The notes below the pieces were generated by a model, which saw nothing but the letters and a program-made list of their open reading frames with translations, was not told the DNA's origin and made no database searches. From assembly GCA_016931535.1 (NCBI GenBank), contig JAFGEP010000096.1, forward strand, positions 104,091-168,090: a DNA stretch of 64,000 nt, read 5' to 3'. The position numbers and the translations under genes are program-made. The stretch is from Bradymonadales bacterium (GTDB lineage: Bacteria > Myxococcota_A > Bradymonadia > JAFGEP01). Below are positions 39,463 to 48,519 of the stretch, one piece after another (position 1 is the first letter of the stretch; each line of letters opens with the position of its first letter).

Positions 39463-40629
39463 TTGAGCGGTTTCGGCTTCAAGCGGGTCACGATCGAGCG
39501 GGATGTGGCAGAGCTGCCGGTGGCTCGCAGGTGGGCGGACTATGCCCTCCAGCAGCGGTTGGAGCTGGTGTGGGCCGAGCCGCAATCCGCGGCGATCCAC
39601 CAGGGGAAAAGCCTCTACGAGGGGAAGCAGGAGGTGGTGGTATGCCGATCGAAGGGGTCGGCCATCAAGCCCTGTCGAGGTCGGGATACGCGCTGTGTTC
39701 CCTGCAACCTGCACGTGATCAACCAGACCTCCAACTGCCCTTTCAACTGCAGCTACTGCTTCCTCCAGATCTACGTGAACAACCCGGTGACCACAGTCCA
39801 CGCCGATGTGGAGGAGATGATCGACCAGGTCGAGCGCCTGCTGGCCACGCAGCCGGAGCGGCTGTTCCGGGTCACCACCGGGGATCTGGGGGACAGCCTG
39901 GCGCTCGACGAGATCTCGCTGGTCAACCGGGACCTGGTCGAACGCTTTGCCCGGACCTCCAACGGCCTGTTGGAGCTGAAGACCAAGTCCCACCGCGTGG
40001 AACCGCTGCTCGACCTGGATCATCGCGGCCGGACGGTGGTCTCCTGGTCGATGAACACACCGGAGATGATCGCCGCCGAGGAGCACCGATGCGCCAGCCT
40101 GGAAGAGCGGCTGGAGGCGGCCCGGCGGGTGGTGGAGGCGGGGTACCTGGTGGCATTCCATTTCGATCCGATGATCGTGCACGACAGCTGGCAGGAGGGG
40201 TACCCGGCGGTGGCCCGACGGATCTTCGAGACGGTTCCGGCCGGGCGGGTGGCCTGGGTCAGCCTGGGATCCTTTCGTTTCCACCCGCCGTTGCTGGAGC
40301 GGGTGGAACACCGGTTTCCCGGCAGCCGCATCACCCTGGGCGAGCTGACGCTGGCCTCGGACGGCAAGATAAGGTACTTTAAGCCGATTCGAATCGGACT
40401 GTACCAGATCCTCTGGAAGGCCATTCGAGAGGCTGGTGGCCCTGACCCGTTCGTCTACCTGTGCATGGAGCTTCCAGAGCTGTGGCGGCGGGTGGCGGGG
40501 CATGTGCCGGAGCCGGACTACGGGCTGGACTTCGAGTTTGCCTGCAGCCTGGTCCGGCGCTATCCCTGGTTGATGAAGCGGCCGCCTCGACGGGAGGCCT
40601 ACCAGGGGGCCGGTTTGCTGGGTGGTTGA
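39463..40629 (+). CDS. SPL-family (spore-photoproduct-lyase-like, COG1533) radical SAM protein
   Basis: Cx3Cx2C cluster CPFNCSYCFLQ (compare B. subtilis SplB CMGHCHYCYLQ). Probable TTG start at 39463 with a GGAAAGG RBS. Confidence 0.7.
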   Translation: MSGFGFKRVTIERDVAELPVARRWADYALQQRLELVWAEPQSAAIHQGKSLYEGKQEVVVCRSKGSAIKPCRGRDTRCVPCNLHVINQTSNCPFNCSYCFLQIYVNNPVTTVHADVEEMIDQVERLLATQPERLFRVTTGDLGDSLALDEISLVNRDLVERFARTSNGLLELKTKSHRVEPLLDLDHRGRTVVSWSMNTPEMIAAEEHRCASLEERLEAARRVVEAGYLVAFHFDPMIVHDSWQEGYPAVARRIFETVPAGRVAWVSLGSFRFHPPLLERVEHRFPGSRITLGELTLASDGKIRYFKPIRIGLYQILWKAIREAGGPDPFVYLCMELPELWRRVAGHVPEPDYGLDFEFACSLVRRYPWLMKRPPRREAYQGAGLLGG

Positions 40630-40705
40630 GGCGGGGCGCATCCTGGCGATGGGCGCTCTGTGATGGTTGGAGATGGTCAACACAGGAAACGACTAAGAGA
40701 GCAGC

Positions 40706-41242
40706 ATGACTGAGGGACGAGAGCGCAAACGTACATGGCGGGAGATCGATCAGGCCAAGGACAAGAGCTACCACCGGCGTGAGGAGAGACCCGGGACGGT
40801 GCCGGAGAAGGGCAGCCGGTCCAACAAGGCGTACAAGGCGGAGCTGGATCGGTTCTTCAACGCGGGTCAGGCCAGCCTGCGCATCAAGACCCTGATGAAG
40901 GAGACCACCAAGGATCTGCCGCTGACAGCCGAGGAGAGTCCGGAACGGATCAAGCTGGTTCGCAAGGTGCGCAGCGCGGAGACCTTCGACGAGTTCGTGA
41001 CGGCGGTGAACGAGCTGAGGGGCCAGTTCGGATTGCCTCGCGACGTGGACATCCTCTCGCGGGTGCTGGAGCACCCCAACCAACAGGTGGTCCGGGAATC
41101 GCTGAAGCTCCTCAAGGAGCTGGCCAACCGGCTATCGCTTCTCCAGCTTCGTGCGATCGAAGTCCGCCTGGATGCCCTGGAGCTGAGCACCGACGATCCC
41201 GAGACCCTGTCAGACCTGGACGAGCTGCGCAACCTGATCTGA
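40706..41242 (+). CDS. Hypothetical protein with a basic N-terminus, Glu/Leu-rich
   Basis: 178-aa ORF inside the same-strand cluster. No recognisable domain. Confidence 0.45.
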   Translation: MTEGRERKRTWREIDQAKDKSYHRREERPGTVPEKGSRSNKAYKAELDRFFNAGQASLRIKTLMKETTKDLPLTAEESPERIKLVRKVRSAETFDEFVTAVNELRGQFGLPRDVDILSRVLEHPNQQVVRESLKLLKELANRLSLLQLRAIEVRLDALELSTDDPETLSDLDELRNLI

Positions 41243-41358
41243 GCGGGAGCGGGGACCAGGCAGCCGGGCAGTTCGAACCCGATCCCGGCCACCAGCAAGC
41301 GACATCGGATCCGACCCGGCTCGAAAGCAGCCGCCCGCATCGATGGAAAGGAGAGCGA

Positions 41359-42477
41359 GTGAACCAGAAGACGAAGGATGATCGGGAGTCCCGGGCAGCC
41401 CAACCCGGTCGGACCGCCGTATCCGATCTCCGGCCGGGAGAGCGGGTCACGACGACGCTGTTGACTCTGGACAAGCAGGCTCTGGTGACCCGCACGGGAG
41501 CACCCTACCTCAGCCTTCTATTGGGCGACCGCAGCGGGCAGGTGAACGCCAAGGTCTGGGAGAAGGCGGAGTTGTACGAGCAGAGCGTGGACTCGGGAGA
41601 CATCATCCGGGTGGATGCTCACGTGGAGACCTACAAGGGACAGGTACAGCTCCGGGTCGTCCACCTGGAGCGGGCGGCGCTCGATGGGATCGACATCGGC
41701 GAGTTTCTTCCCGCCTCCCGATTTGACCGGGGACAGATGATGTCGGAGCTGAGACAGCTGGTGGCCCGGGAGCTGAACGATCCGGATGTGCGCAGGGTGC
41801 TGCTGGCGGTGCTCGGCAACCAGGAGGTCGCCCAAGGGCTTCTGCGGGCGCCGGCCGCCAAGCTGAACCATCACGCCTACATCGGCGGTCTGTTGGAGCA
41901 CACCCTGAGCATGTGCCGGCTGGCCCAGCAGATCGCTCGCCACTACGCCCGGCAGTACCCCAACCTGCTCGACACCGATCTGCTGGTCGCCGGGGCGGTG
42001 CTTCACGACATCGGCAAGATCTGGGAGCTGTCCAGCGAGCCACACATCGACCTCACCGATGCCGGCCGCCTGCTGGGACACATCCCGTTGGCGGTGGCGC
42101 TGCTCGACCGCGTCTTGAAGAGCCTCGACCTGGAGGACACCGCGCTGGCGCTGCGGCTCAAGCACATGATCTTGAGCCACCACGGGGAGTACGAGTACGG
42201 CGCGGTGGTCCTGCCCCAGACGCCCGAAGCCCAGGTGCTGCACTACCTGGACCAGGTCGATGCCAAGCTGAACATGTTCGCCGATGCCATCGAGCGGACC
42301 GAGGGAAGCTGGTCCGCCTACGTCAAGCCGCTGGGCCATTTCGTCTACGCCGGAAACCGGCCCCAGGGAGATGCCGGCAACCCGGCCGAGGATGGCGCCG
42401 GCGGGGAGGACTCCCGCTCCACCTCCGGGAAGACGCTGGACCTGTTCGCGCCGCCCAAGACAACGGCCGAGGGGTGA
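41359..42477 (+). CDS. OB-fold + HD-domain phosphohydrolase, YhaM-like 3'-5' exonuclease family
   Basis: N-terminal OB-fold (LLTLDKQALVTRTGAPYLSLLLGDRSGQVNAKVWE), then HD motifs LNHHAYIGGLLEHTL...AVLHDIGK...LSHHGE. GTG start. Confidence 0.7.
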   Translation: MNQKTKDDRESRAAQPGRTAVSDLRPGERVTTTLLTLDKQALVTRTGAPYLSLLLGDRSGQVNAKVWEKAELYEQSVDSGDIIRVDAHVETYKGQVQLRVVHLERAALDGIDIGEFLPASRFDRGQMMSELRQLVARELNDPDVRRVLLAVLGNQEVAQGLLRAPAAKLNHHAYIGGLLEHTLSMCRLAQQIARHYARQYPNLLDTDLLVAGAVLHDIGKIWELSSEPHIDLTDAGRLLGHIPLAVALLDRVLKSLDLEDTALALRLKHMILSHHGEYEYGAVVLPQTPEAQVLHYLDQVDAKLNMFADAIERTEGSWSAYVKPLGHFVYAGNRPQGDAGNPAEDGAGGEDSRSTSGKTLDLFAPPKTTAEG

Positions 42478-42514
42478 GGGCACCTTGACGCGGTCCGTTC
42501 CCCCTCGCCCGCGC

Positions 42515-42955
42515 GAGCGTGAGCGCCTGAGCGCCTGAGCGCGAGCGTGAGCGACTGAGCGTGAACGTGAGCGGGACCGCCTGATCGTAAACCTGATCGG
42601 GATCGTGATCGATGTGGGCCCCAGTGGTCGAAGCCCCTGTCCTGCAGCCGCTCGTCGGCTTCGCCTTCCGAGCCCTTCGGGCTCGGGCTCGCGCTGCAGG
42701 GCAGTGTCTTCTCCCTCTGCCGTCGCACCAGGCAACACCCTGCGTGCCCATCGAGCCAGCCGTGAGCGTGAGCGCTTGAGCGCCTGAGCGTGAGCGTGAC
42801 CGTGTACTGGCCAGGGTCGTTCTCGTTCACGTTCAGGTTCACGTCAACGTCAACGTCAACGCCACGATCGTGAACCTGACCCTGATCGTGACCGGCTGAG
42901 CGGGAGCGTGAGCGCCTGACCGAGCGCGATCGCGAACGACTACCAGGCGTGGGGT
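42515..42955. repeat. Degenerate 6-nt-period tandem/inverted repeat array (GAGCGY / CTGAGC / GTGAAC units and their reverse complements)
   Basis: Runs such as gagcgtgagcgcctgagcgcctgagcgcgagcgtgagcgactgagcgtgaacgtgagcg and the inverted cgttcacgttcaggttcacgtcaacgtcaacgtcaac. A GC hairpin ccgagccc-ttc-gggctcgg sits in the centre. Non-coding. Confidence 0.7.
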
Positions 42956-43039
42956 TTCATCATGCCCGCGACCACGACCCGCTGCCGGTTGACACTGGCG
43001 GAGGGGAATGGTAGATGCCCGCTGGATGAAGGGGGGGGT

Positions 43040-43112
43040 GCCAACGTAGCTCAGTCGGCAGAGCAGCGCACTCGTAATGCGCAGGTCCCCGGTTCGAATC
43101 CGGGCGTTGGCT
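43040..43112 (+). tRNA. tRNA-Thr (anticodon CGT)
   Basis: Hand-folded cloverleaf: acceptor GCCAACG/CGTTGGC, D-stem GCTC/GAGC, anticodon stem GCGCA/TGCGC with loop CTCGTAA, T-arm CCCGG-TTCGAAT-CCGGG, discriminator T. 73 nt, no encoded CCA. Confidence 0.9.
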
Positions 43113-43233
43113 TGAACCAAGAAAATTCTCACCCGAATCGCGACGCAATCGCGACACGAATTGCGACATCGCCTGTCGAGTCCTGCTTTTGGTAGGGGAC
43201 GGCTCGAACGGGCGATCCTCCTGCCCTTAGTTT

Positions 43234-45375
43234 CTACTCCAGGCTTCGCGGGGGTCTTCGCCGGGTGGTTTGCTGGCGGGGAGGTTCCTGGGGCGGCTCT
43301 TCCTGTTGCGTTGGCTGTTCCTCTTCCAGCTGGGCTGGGGGCTGCTGCTCGTCGGCAGCTGCCTGTTGGCGTGTCTGCTGGGCCCGAGAGTTGCACTCGT
43401 GGAGGGGGGCCAGGTAGCGCCTGCGCAGGGCAGGGGAGATCTGGCGCATCTGGACGATGGCCTCGTCGGCGGCGCGGCAACGGTTGTTGTCGAGGGCGGC
43501 TTCAGCCGTGGCGATGAGCTCGCGGGCGCGGATGAGGTTACGGGCGACCTGCAGGTTCAGCTCCTGGTCCTCGGGGGTTTCCAGCAGCGCTCTCACCGTG
43601 GCCAGCTTTTGAGCCGCCGAGTCCACGTTGGCTGCGTTCAGCAGGAGCGCGGCCTGTCCAGCGAGGCCGGCGGCCTGTACCAGCTTGAAGGGCTGGTCGG
43701 GAAGAGGGGCAAGCTGAACCTGGGGGACGACGTTGGCACCGGTGGCGGTGGCCAGGAGATCCGTGGCGGTGCGATCGGTGCCTGGCGCGGATGCGGCCGA
43801 CGGTTGTGCGGAGTCCAGGATGGCCAGGAGGGTTGCCGCGGTCGGCTGACCGGGGGGTTGTGTTCCCTCCGGGACGGCTCCGCTGCCGTCGAGTGCTCCA
43901 GCGGTTGCTGCAAGGGTTGCCTGGCCGCCGGGGTCGGGCGTCTCGGCGGGAGCATCCTCGCGATCGGCGAACAGGAGGAAGTAGAGGGCGAGACCGCCAC
44001 CGACCAGGAGCAGCACTACCCACCATGCCGAGGAAACGTGGAATCTCTTGAGGCCGGCCGGCGAGAACTCCATGGGATCGACGTCGATGATCTTCCCCAT
44101 GGGGCTCTCTGCCTCGTCACCCCACGAGTACTCCTCCTCTTCTTTGTGGACGGGGGCCGGACCGAAGGAGAAGTCGGGTTCGGCATGAGCGGAGAGGGGA
44201 GATATCGGCTGGCCGGTGAGCGCTTGCTCCCATTCGCCGCTGCCTTTTTGGGGAGCCTTGAGCTCCAGGGTCTGTTCTTCAGCCAGGCGGGCGTTGGCCG
44301 CCTTGACCTCGTCCGGCTCGGTGGTCGAGCCGCGCAGTGAGCTGGAGCGCGAAGGACCGGTGGACTTGGCGGGAAGGTCGGGGAGCCTGGGGGTGATCTC
44401 CTCCAGGCGCGAGAGCACGTCGAGGGCGTTGGCAGGACGGGCTGAAGGCTCCTTTTGCAGGCATTTCTGGACCAGTCGAACCAGGTCTCCGGGGAGGTCA
44501 TCTCGCTCGAACAGCGCCTCCATGGGAGGGGGGTCCTTGATCTGGCGCTGGATGAGACGGGCGCGGTTCTTGTCTTCGAAGGGGGGGTGACCGGAGAGCA
44601 TGAAGAACAAGATGCAGCCCAAGGAGTAGGTGTCGGTGGCGAAGCTGACATCGAGCCCCTGGGCCTGTTCGGGCGACATGTACTCGGGGGTGCCGAAGAC
44701 CGCTCCGGTCTGGGTCAGTCGGCACTCGCCGTCATCGAGAATCTTGGCGATACCGAAGTCGATGACATTGGCGGTGTAGCGTTCGCCGGGACCTTCGGAG
44801 ACCAGGATGTTGTCCGGTTTGAGGTCCCGGTGGACGACCTGCTCGGCATGAGCGGCGGCCAGGACCTCGGCGATCTGGATGCCGAGTCGGAGGGCCAGGG
44901 CTGGGGGGAGCACGGTGTGCTCCTGGACCAGGTCGGTCAGGGAGATGCCTTCGATGAACTGGGTGACCAGGTAGAGGGTTCCGTCGTTCAGGCGTCCGAA
45001 ATCGAGCAGGGTGACGGCGTTGGGGTGCTTGACCCGGCTGTGTGTGCGGGCCTCGTTGAAGAAGCGGGCGACCAGCTTCTCGTCGGTGGCGAACTTGCGG
45101 TGGAGGAGCTTGACCGCGACCCTCTGGGGCAACGTCTCGTGCTCCGCGATGTAGACCTCGCCCATACCGCCTTCGGCGATCCGCTTCTTGATCCGGTATC
45201 GTCCGGCCACCATCTGTCCCAGGTAGGGGTCGGATCGGCTGTTCTCTTTGAATGCCGCCTTGCCGCAGAAGCCACAGTAGCGTGCGCCCAGGTCGAGCTG
45301 GGATCCGCAATGGGGGCAGGTGATGGTGGCCCTGGTCTCTTCCATGAACAAGCGCTCGAGAGTTCGCGGTTCCAT
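43234..45375 (-). CDS. Ser/Thr protein kinase with an N-terminal zinc ribbon and a C-terminal TM + Pro/Gln-rich extracytoplasmic region
   Basis: Zn ribbon CPHCGSQLDLGARYCGFCG. Hanks motifs GGMGEVY, VAVK, HRDLKPDNIL, DFG and GTPEYMSPE. One TM helix (WWVVLLLVGGGLALYFLLF). Confidence 0.85.
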   Translation of the reverse strand: MEPRTLERLFMEETRATITCPHCGSQLDLGARYCGFCGKAAFKENSRSDPYLGQMVAGRYRIKKRIAEGGMGEVYIAEHETLPQRVAVKLLHRKFATDEKLVARFFNEARTHSRVKHPNAVTLLDFGRLNDGTLYLVTQFIEGISLTDLVQEHTVLPPALALRLGIQIAEVLAAAHAEQVVHRDLKPDNILVSEGPGERYTANVIDFGIAKILDDGECRLTQTGAVFGTPEYMSPEQAQGLDVSFATDTYSLGCILFFMLSGHPPFEDKNRARLIQRQIKDPPPMEALFERDDLPGDLVRLVQKCLQKEPSARPANALDVLSRLEEITPRLPDLPAKSTGPSRSSSLRGSTTEPDEVKAANARLAEEQTLELKAPQKGSGEWEQALTGQPISPLSAHAEPDFSFGPAPVHKEEEEYSWGDEAESPMGKIIDVDPMEFSPAGLKRFHVSSAWWVVLLLVGGGLALYFLLFADREDAPAETPDPGGQATLAATAGALDGSGAVPEGTQPPGQPTAATLLAILDSAQPSAASAPGTDRTATDLLATATGANVVPQVQLAPLPDQPFKLVQAAGLAGQAALLLNAANVDSAAQKLATVRALLETPEDQELNLQVARNLIRARELIATAEAALDNNRCRAADEAIVQMRQISPALRRRYLAPLHECNSRAQQTRQQAAADEQQPPAQLEEEQPTQQEEPPQEPPRQQTTRRRPPRSLE

Positions 45376-45641
45376 CGTGTAAACACCGATCGGCAGGGGT
45401 TATTTCCCGAGGGCAGTGGCCTGGTCCGGCCAGCCATGGTGGCAGGCACACCCGTTGTTCCACCGCCGTCGAGAGTACCCGGGCCGATGGGCATTTCCAA
45501 AAAAGGTATAGCAAGTTTGGGGGTCGGGGGACAGGGAATGTCCTCAGCCGAGTTTCGCGGGGGGGGCAACAGGTGGCCAGACCGCCTTTGGGGGAGCCAC
45601 AAGCGGTTGGTGGTGGGATGCGCTGGACGGTGGGGCCCGTG

Positions 45642-48338
45642 CTAGCGAGTGAGGAGCTCTCCCAGCTGTGTTTTGACCCGATCCCGGATGGCGGGGTAGA
45701 TGTTCGGCTTGAGCTCTTCGATCTGATCGAGCAGGTGGTTGACCAGGGGGATGTCCTTGCGGAACACCGCCATGGTGACCTGTCCGATGATCAGGTCGAT
45801 GGCTTTTTCGATCTCGAAATCCTCCAGGATGGTGGCCCGATAGCGGCGTCTGAGCTCGACGGTCTTCAGGTTCTGATGTGCGGCTTTGACGCGGGCCAAG
45901 AGCTCGCGCGCCTTTTCTTGGGTAGATGGCTCCAGGTCCTCGCACCGCTGGGGGGAGTACTCCTCTTCCAGGTGGGACAACGCTCTGTCGATCTCCGCCT
46001 GGGTGGCCATCCAGTGCAGATGGAGAATCTCGAAGTCGTCAGCCTGGCGCAGGTTCCGGTAGTGCTCGGTGATGACCTCCTCCCTCTTGGCGCGAGTGGC
46101 GTGCTGGGAGGGTTTCGGGAGGAAGGAGAGTAGCCCCAGCTCCTTCAGTGCGAAGACGGCGGCGAAGGTCTGGGCGCGGGTGAGATTGGAGATTCGGGTC
46201 AAGGCGCGTAGCGAATGCTCACCACCAAGGCAGGTGGCGACAAAATGCTCCAGCTTGCCGTCCAGCCCCAGATCCTGGCAGAGGATGTCGGATCGGATCG
46301 ACAAGGTGGGATAGGAGGAGAGGTGTGGTTCCTGGATTTTTGTCATCTCGTCCCAGGACAGGGCGCCAAGCTGCCGATACAGGGGGTGAAAGCCCTTTGG
46401 AGGGGGTGAGCTGCGCAGCCCCAGCAAAGGAGGAGGGGGATCGAGGGCGAAAAGCCGGTAGGTCAGGGATCCTGCCGTGCCGAGTTCCGCGAGCAGCAGT
46501 TTGACCTTGGCCCGGTTGGCGTTTTGGAGCAAGCTGGAGTCCATCAGGCCCAGCTCGTGAATGGCGGTCTCTTCGGGGATGTTTCGCTCCGTCGCCGCTT
46601 CCCATATCTGTCTGGCCGATGCCTGGGGAAGAAGCCCCTGACCGGCCAACAAGAGGGGCAAGGAGTACTTGACGTCAACCGGCAGTCGGTAGGCGTCGGT
46701 CAGGGTGTCTGCCTGGTAGAAGAAGAACCAGCGCTGCTGATCACCAGGAGCATCGGCCACGAGCACACAGCACTGGGGCTTCCGGGCAGCCTGCACGACA
46801 ACGTCCAGCAGCTCGCTTCCGTCCGCGATCCCTTCGACCAGTGGGGGGGGCTGCAGATCCAGAACCTCCAGGAATCGATGGGCGCTCTCCAGCAGGCGAA
46901 GCTCTTCCGCCTCATCCGGCGTTGTCTCTTCCCCTTCGGCTCTCCCCTGGGCCACGGGGGTCTTGCCGGAGAGGCTGGTCGTCCTTCCTGTGGAGGCCGG
47001 CCGAGGTGTGGATTTCGTCTTGTCCAGCTCGCTGGCTGTCGGTTTTCCCGATAAGGCCGTCTGCTTCTTTGAGATCTCTTCGTGCCGTGGTGACGACGGC
47101 TCTCTGAGGGGCGCGGGGATAGCTGGCTGCGGTTCAAAGGGGACGAACCGTGCGGACCCCTCCTTGTCGTCCATCCCGGCGGTGACCGGTGACATCGGGT
47201 GCACTGGCTCCGATTCGGTCTGATCGGCGCGTGTCTCCGTAGGAGGTCCTTTTTTGGGTGATGGGATCTCCTGCGTCGGCTCGAAAGGAACGAACTGGAT
47301 TGATTCCTTTTCCTCCTGCCCTGTTGGACCTCCCTGGGAGCGGGGGGGTTCTTCCGTGGTGTCGAGAAGGTCCTCCAGGGAGACCGACTCCGGAACGGTC
47401 ACGCCGGAAATGAACGGTTGCAGCGTTGGCTTGCTCGCTCGGGATTCCCCGAAATCTGCCCTGACGGGTCGAGGGGAAGATGCCTCCTGTGCCAGCGAGG
47501 CAGGTGCTCCTGGAGTGGAAGGCGACTCCGACGGAAGGGGGGCAAGCTCGAGCCGCGGGATGGAGACCTCCGATCTCTGGGGGTCGGCACCGGGCGGTGG
47601 AGTGGATGCTGGCAATTGCGGTGAAGCGGGCTCAGAAAGTGGGGTGGGAACCGCCGCATCCAGACCGGTGCCTTCGCGGGCGATGGCAGAGGGGGTCTCA
47701 TTCTGGATCAGCTCATCCAGGGATACTTCGAGGGGCTGATCACGAGCCGGAATTCCCCGATCATCGGGTGATGGCATCTGGTCCGGACGCTTGCCTCGCA
47801 CCTGACCAGGACCGCCTGGAGGGCGGGTGACCTTGCATTTTTCGATGTCTTCCGCACGCACTCCGGTGGGAGCGGTCTGAGCGGTGGAGAGGCTTGGCTG
47901 GGGTTCTGCAAGGGAAGAGTCCTGTGCATGCGGTGCGATGCCAGGAACAGTTTGGGGGCCGGTCGTGCCTTTGGCTTCAGCTTGCTTCCCCGGCTGCCCA
48001 GAGGAAAGGGTGGTCAGAGAGGCGGCCAGCCGTCGGATGACCGTCTGGATCTGATCCGGCGCGAGGTCGGGTTGAAGGACGGCGATCCCGGCATTCCAGG
48101 CCAGGATTCTGCCTATGAACGCCTCCTGGTCTGGACCGGCTTGCAGTACGATCTTGATCTCTTGCTGGGGCGGCGGATGTTCACCGACGGAGAACAGAAA
48201 AGCTCCCATCTCCTGGCACTGCGCGAGTAGATGGCGCAACGGCTCGGCGGAGTCGAAGGCTGCGATCAGACGCGTCTCCTCTCCTGCACCTGCCGGTGCC
48301 AGTGTTGCTCGTGGGTTCCCCTCCACAGGCCTCACCAT
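45642..48338 (-). CDS. Large hypothetical protein with a Pro/Ser/Thr-rich central linker, a DUF4388-like region and a C-terminal J-domain-like helix bundle
   Basis: 898-aa ORF with coding-like codon usage and low-complexity PSTPGAP stretches. The C-terminal DFEILHLHWMATQAEIDRAL resembles a degenerate J-domain. Confidence 0.5.
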   Translation of the reverse strand: MVRPVEGNPRATLAPAGAGEETRLIAAFDSAEPLRHLLAQCQEMGAFLFSVGEHPPPQQEIKIVLQAGPDQEAFIGRILAWNAGIAVLQPDLAPDQIQTVIRRLAASLTTLSSGQPGKQAEAKGTTGPQTVPGIAPHAQDSSLAEPQPSLSTAQTAPTGVRAEDIEKCKVTRPPGGPGQVRGKRPDQMPSPDDRGIPARDQPLEVSLDELIQNETPSAIAREGTGLDAAVPTPLSEPASPQLPASTPPPGADPQRSEVSIPRLELAPLPSESPSTPGAPASLAQEASSPRPVRADFGESRASKPTLQPFISGVTVPESVSLEDLLDTTEEPPRSQGGPTGQEEKESIQFVPFEPTQEIPSPKKGPPTETRADQTESEPVHPMSPVTAGMDDKEGSARFVPFEPQPAIPAPLREPSSPRHEEISKKQTALSGKPTASELDKTKSTPRPASTGRTTSLSGKTPVAQGRAEGEETTPDEAEELRLLESAHRFLEVLDLQPPPLVEGIADGSELLDVVVQAARKPQCCVLVADAPGDQQRWFFFYQADTLTDAYRLPVDVKYSLPLLLAGQGLLPQASARQIWEAATERNIPEETAIHELGLMDSSLLQNANRAKVKLLLAELGTAGSLTYRLFALDPPPPLLGLRSSPPPKGFHPLYRQLGALSWDEMTKIQEPHLSSYPTLSIRSDILCQDLGLDGKLEHFVATCLGGEHSLRALTRISNLTRAQTFAAVFALKELGLLSFLPKPSQHATRAKREEVITEHYRNLRQADDFEILHLHWMATQAEIDRALSHLEEEYSPQRCEDLEPSTQEKARELLARVKAAHQNLKTVELRRRYRATILEDFEIEKAIDLIIGQVTMAVFRKDIPLVNHLLDQIEELKPNIYPAIRDRVKTQLGELLTR

Positions 48339-48519
48339 GACCTGGCCTACCTCAAGCCAGAGTGTAGCGGCGGGATTTCTGGATGGAAAGAACCAAGCGC
48401 GGTTCCAGTCGGCGCTTCGAGGGGAATCCCAGGCTAGGCCGCACGGGGCAGGAACGAGAAAAGATGCGACCTGGGCCGTTGCTCGGTCTTCGGCCTTCTT
48501 TCCTGTCCTCTGGCGGAGG

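Noticed and set aside
42323-42842. Short ORFs (60-165 aa) within the hexamer-repeat array, translated as ERERLSA/VNVNVN-type repeats
   Set aside because: They are produced by the 6-nt periodicity of a non-coding repeat. No start context and strand-ambiguous.
42480-42960. Possible CRISPR array
   Set aside because: The repeat unit is ~6 nt with no 25-40-nt repeats or unique spacers, and there are no cas genes.
36266-43112. Calling the rnpB-to-tRNA-Thr interval a mobile genomic island
   Set aside because: There is no integrase or transposase, no flanking direct repeat of the tRNA 3' end, and GC content and codon usage resemble the flanks. It is reported as a candidate functional cluster, not as a mobile element.
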